Source: Candidatus Eiseniibacteriota bacterium
GTDB lineage: Bacteria > Eisenbacteria > RBG-16-71-46
Direction of reading: 5' to 3'
NCBI GenBank assembly: GCA_031370785.1
Contig: JANMQY010000119.1
Location: 1-28,008 of the forward strand
Length of the DNA: 28,008 bases
A program made the position numbers and the translations under genes. The notes beneath the pieces are model-generated. The model ran no database searches. It worked only from the letters and a program-made list of their open reading frames with translations, and was not told the origin of the DNA. Within the stretch, counting starts at the first letter, position 1, and each line of letters starts with the position of its first letter. Positions 25,026 to 28,008 of the stretch are shown here, in pieces.

Positions 25026-27479
25026 CTAGTTGAGCACGATCGCGCGCGCCGTCTTCACGCGGCTGCCCTGCGTGAATCGCACCAGGTAGAGTCCAGCCCG
25101 AAGGTGCGCTCCTTCCGCAAGGTTCACGTCATGCCGACCCGGGCCAAGAGATCCAACCTCCCGGGCCGCCACTCGACGGCCGGTCAGGTCGAACAGCTCG
25201 AGACGGGCATTCTCCGAAGATGGCAATACGAACTGTATGTTGAGCTGACCGCTTCGAGCAGGGTTCGGGCGTGCTCCACCGAGCGCGAATTCGAGTCGCT
25301 CGGCAGTCGCCCATGCCTCGCCCACGAAGATCTGAGTGCCAGACTCCATGATCCCGAGGCGGTAGCCGTACTGGGTACCGGTCGCGACCCCCTCGTCACG
25401 ATAACGAAGATAGCCTGTGCCGTCCGCGCTGATCTGGCTGAGGATGGCCCACCCGCTCTGCTGCGTGCGCCGATAGAGGGACGCGGCCATCCCAGGATTC
25501 CCGCCGGAATACCAGGTCAGGTCAATGTGGTCGGATTCCGCCTGGATCGAGACCAGCGAAGCGAGCGCCGCGGTAGGGACCTGTGGTGAGATCTGCGCAA
25601 ATCGGCTCAGATTCCCATGAATGTCCGCCGCCGCCAGCTTGTAGAACACCACGCCGGAAGCATCCGTCAAACCCGTGTCGGCAGTAGCCGCCACAAGATT
25701 GCCGGGCCCTGGAACGAATCCCTCGGTCGAGCCGCGATAGACGCGATACTCGAGCAGGTCGGGAGCAGGATTCTTCGCCCAGTGAAGGACGTTCGAACTT
25801 CCACCGTAGGTCGCGGTGAACGGTATCGGAGTCGGAGGAGAGAGATTGTCCACCGAATAGCCGCTGTCCACGTTCGACTGGTAGAACGTGCCCGGATAGT
25901 AGGTCAGAGCGGTGACGAAGAATGCCGTATAAGGATTGCTGCCGGCGATGGAGTCCTGAGTGGTTGCGGCGGTGTAGCCGTAACCGTTGAGCCTTTCAGC
26001 GGGCAACGTCGCGATCGCCTCCCAATAATCGATACTCGTGGACCGGACTCCAGCCCGCACCGACGAGGTGCTGAACTGGGTCGCGGGGTCGAGCCCGACT
26101 CTCTTGGCGCGGGCGGCGATGGCGCCAGGTGGAATTCGGCGCCACACCCGGTATCCCGTGACCTCGACGGACTGCCCCGTAGCATCGTATGCGCTACGCC
26201 TCCAGCGCAGGAACACGTGGCCACCCTGATCGTTCGGTACATCGCGCACCGAGACCAGGAATGGAGGTCCGATCGGCGGCGGCAGCCCGAAGCAGCCGCC
26301 CACCAGAATGTTCAGGGCTCCTGTGTTGTAGCTCGCGACGGCGAGGTCGCGGGCGCCATCTCCATTCAAGTCGGCCATCGCGAGTCCAAGCGGGAAACCC
26401 TGGGCGGAATACTCGGAATAAAGCGAGAACGTGCCATCACCCACGCCACCGGCTCCCTGACCTCTCAGGATCTGGACGGTATTGTGAGGACCAGTTGTGA
26501 ACGCGATGTCGCTGATGCCGTCGGCATTGAAATCCGCGATTGCCATGACTCCGCCCGGAAGACCGCTTGCATAGCTCGTCGGCGCGCCGAACGAACCACC
26601 ACCGAGGCCCCTTAGGATTGCGATTCCGTCATTACTCTGATTCGCCGCTGCGAGATCCGGGATGCCGTCGCTGTTGAAATCGTGGATGGCAACGGTGTAC
26701 GGCTGCGCTCCGGCCGCATAGCTCACCGAGGTCTGGAACGTTCCATCTCCGTTGCCGAGCAGCACGGAGATTCCGCTGAAGTTAGCGGTTGCCACAAGAT
26801 CCAGCTTGCCGTCGCCATTGAGATCTCCGATCGCAATTCCCAGCGACAGGCCTGCAATGGAATATGCGACCGGCGCCGCAAACGTGCCATTCCCGACGCC
26901 ACCCGATCCGAGCCCCTTGAGCACTGAGACCCGTGAACCACTGTTGTTCGCGATCGCAAGATCGAGAATTCCGTCGCCACTGAGATCCGCCGAGACCACG
27001 GTCCAGGGAGCGGGCCCCGCCGCGTAACTGCCTGAAGACGAGAATGTGGCGTCGCCGTTCCCGTGCAGGATAGAGACGGTATTACTCCCCAGATTCGCCG
27101 CCGCGATGTCCGGGATGCTGTCTCCATCGAAATTGCCGACGATCGCGGATTCCGGAGTATTTCCCACCGAGTAGCTCGTCGGCACCCCGAAAGTGGCGTT
27201 GCCCACGCCTCCACTTCCATTGCCCGTCATGACAACGACGGCATTCGTACTCGGGCTTGCCATGATCAGGTCGAGGATGCCGTCATGATTCAGATCCGCG
27301 AGTGCCACGCGATTGAGATTGGGACTCGGATTGCTGGTAAAGCCCTGCTGGAAAAGACCGGCCTCATTGCAGACGGCGGCGGCAGACGTGATCCACAATG
27401 TGGTTGCGACCAGTGAAGAAGCGAAAGACATGAGCCGCGCTGGGCGATCGTGAAGGCGAAGCATGATGGTAGAATTCAT
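25026..27479 (-). CDS. Secreted FG-GAP (7-blade beta-propeller) protein with Ig/FN3-like domains and T9SS-type C-terminal domain
   Basis: ATG 27479 after GAGGGGGG; signal-like segment ending SAAA; seven DxN/DxDGxxD blades; WxxNP.PDL.EYRVYRG FN3-like domain; C-terminal ARPNPA...LELFDLTGR.V...AGLYLVRF...RAIVLN. Confidence 0.85.
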   Translation of the reverse strand: MNSTIMLRLHDRPARLMSFASSLVATTLWITSAAAVCNEAGLFQQGFTSNPSPNLNRVALADLNHDGILDLIMASPSTNAVVVMTGNGSGGVGNATFGVPTSYSVGNTPESAIVGNFDGDSIPDIAAANLGSNTVSILHGNGDATFSSSGSYAAGPAPWTVVSADLSGDGILDLAIANNSGSRVSVLKGLGSGGVGNGTFAAPVAYSIAGLSLGIAIGDLNGDGKLDLVATANFSGISVLLGNGDGTFQTSVSYAAGAQPYTVAIHDFNSDGIPDLAAANQSNDGIAILRGLGGGSFGAPTSYASGLPGGVMAIADFNADGISDIAFTTGPHNTVQILRGQGAGGVGDGTFSLYSEYSAQGFPLGLAMADLNGDGARDLAVASYNTGALNILVGGCFGLPPPIGPPFLVSVRDVPNDQGGHVFLRWRRSAYDATGQSVEVTGYRVWRRIPPGAIAARAKRVGLDPATQFSTSSVRAGVRSTSIDYWEAIATLPAERLNGYGYTAATTQDSIAGSNPYTAFFVTALTYYPGTFYQSNVDSGYSVDNLSPPTPIPFTATYGGSSNVLHWAKNPAPDLLEYRVYRGSTEGFVPGPGNLVAATADTGLTDASGVVFYKLAAADIHGNLSRFAQISPQVPTAALASLVSIQAESDHIDLTWYSGGNPGMAASLYRRTQQSGWAILSQISADGTGYLRYRDEGVATGTQYGYRLGIMESGTQIFVGEAWATAERLEFALGGARPNPARSGQLNIQFVLPSSENARLELFDLTGRRVAAREVGSLGPGRHDVNLAEGAHLRAGLYLVRFTQGSRVKTARAIVLN

Positions 27480-27925
27480 GGAGCGTTCCCCCCTCTTAAG
27501 ACCCTGCGCCCGAAACCGAATGAGCCAACGCCGCGATTTACACGGCGGTGGATTCGGAAACCCCAATGACGGGATTCGATAGCAGGCTGCACTCACCCGT
27601 CACAGTTCTTCATTCGGTGGCTGAACGAAGCCGCAGGAAGCCAAGCCGGGCGAGACCTGTCGCGCGCTACATCTCGTTGACAATCGGCTAGGTGGATCGG
27701 AGACTCAAGGTCAATCTTTAGAGAGTTCCGATATCGCTTGGCCTCCGAGTCCTGTAAGGCCGGCCGAGAAATTGGATCCTGCCATGCGCACCCATGGACT
27801 GGGATTCCCACGTCACGGGCAGATTCAGTGGCGGGATATGAGGTTGGGCGGTTCGACCACGCCGTGCAAACCCATTATCGTGACGCGCTCGCGTGCCCGG
27901 AAGGCGCGCACAGGGAGGTCGGCTG

Positions 27926-28008
27926 ATGCGGGTGTGCTTCACGTTTCACGTGCGCGCCGAGCGCATCCCCGAAGTGCGCCATGCGATCGCCACCGTCGCT
28001 TCGCTGCT
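27926..28008 (+). CDS. 5' end of an unidentified gene (possibly dimeric alpha-beta barrel fold), truncated by window
   Basis: GGGAGG SD 7 nt before ATG 27926; open to the edge: MRVCFTFHVRAERIPEVRHAIATVASL. Possible TCGACC-N17-TATCGT promoter at 27853-27881. Confidence 0.45.
   Translation, partial: MRVCFTFHVRAERIPEVRHAIATVASL

Noticed and set aside
27593..27942. Small ORFs 27593-27811, 27718-27942, 27738-27926 and a perfect TTGACA at 27677
   Set aside because: No motifs or convincing SD for the ORFs, and the TTGACA has only a weak -10 (GAGACT); treated as divergent intergenic DNA.

Overview
High-GC bacterial chromosomal window; gene style suggests an FCB-superphylum lineage such as Ca. Eisenbacteria (inference only). 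1-6354 (-): start of a dcw division/cell-wall cluster, mraZ-[STAS protein]-rsmH-ftsL-ftsI(2xPASTA)-murE-murF(partial). It has a sigma70-like promoter, five 10-bp-phased MraZ boxes, and an atypical STAS protein between mraZ and rsmH with Tyr in place of the phospho-Ser. 6532-22587 (-): a tightly coupled 11-gene surface-glycan operon: FemABX-like acyltransferase, Wzx flippase, AsnB/WbpS-like amidotransferase, GT, YfhO GT-C, polyprenyl-P sugar synthase, a PorZ-like beta-propeller with T9SS-type C-terminal domain, a second FemABX-like protein, two GT4s and a second GT-C. Twin back-to-back GTGACA-N17-TATTST promoters precede this operon and a divergent GT4+GNAT pair (22758-24880). A secreted 7-blade FG-GAP protein with a T9SS-type CTD follows (25026-27479, -), and a further gene probably starts at the right edge. 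Lead hypothesis: one locus builds an aminoacylated, amidated lipid-linked glycan plus its PorZ-like shuttle, i.e. a T9SS-cargo glycan-anchoring/protein-glycosylation system outside Bacteroidota. No RNA genes, CRISPR arrays or mobile elements were seen.
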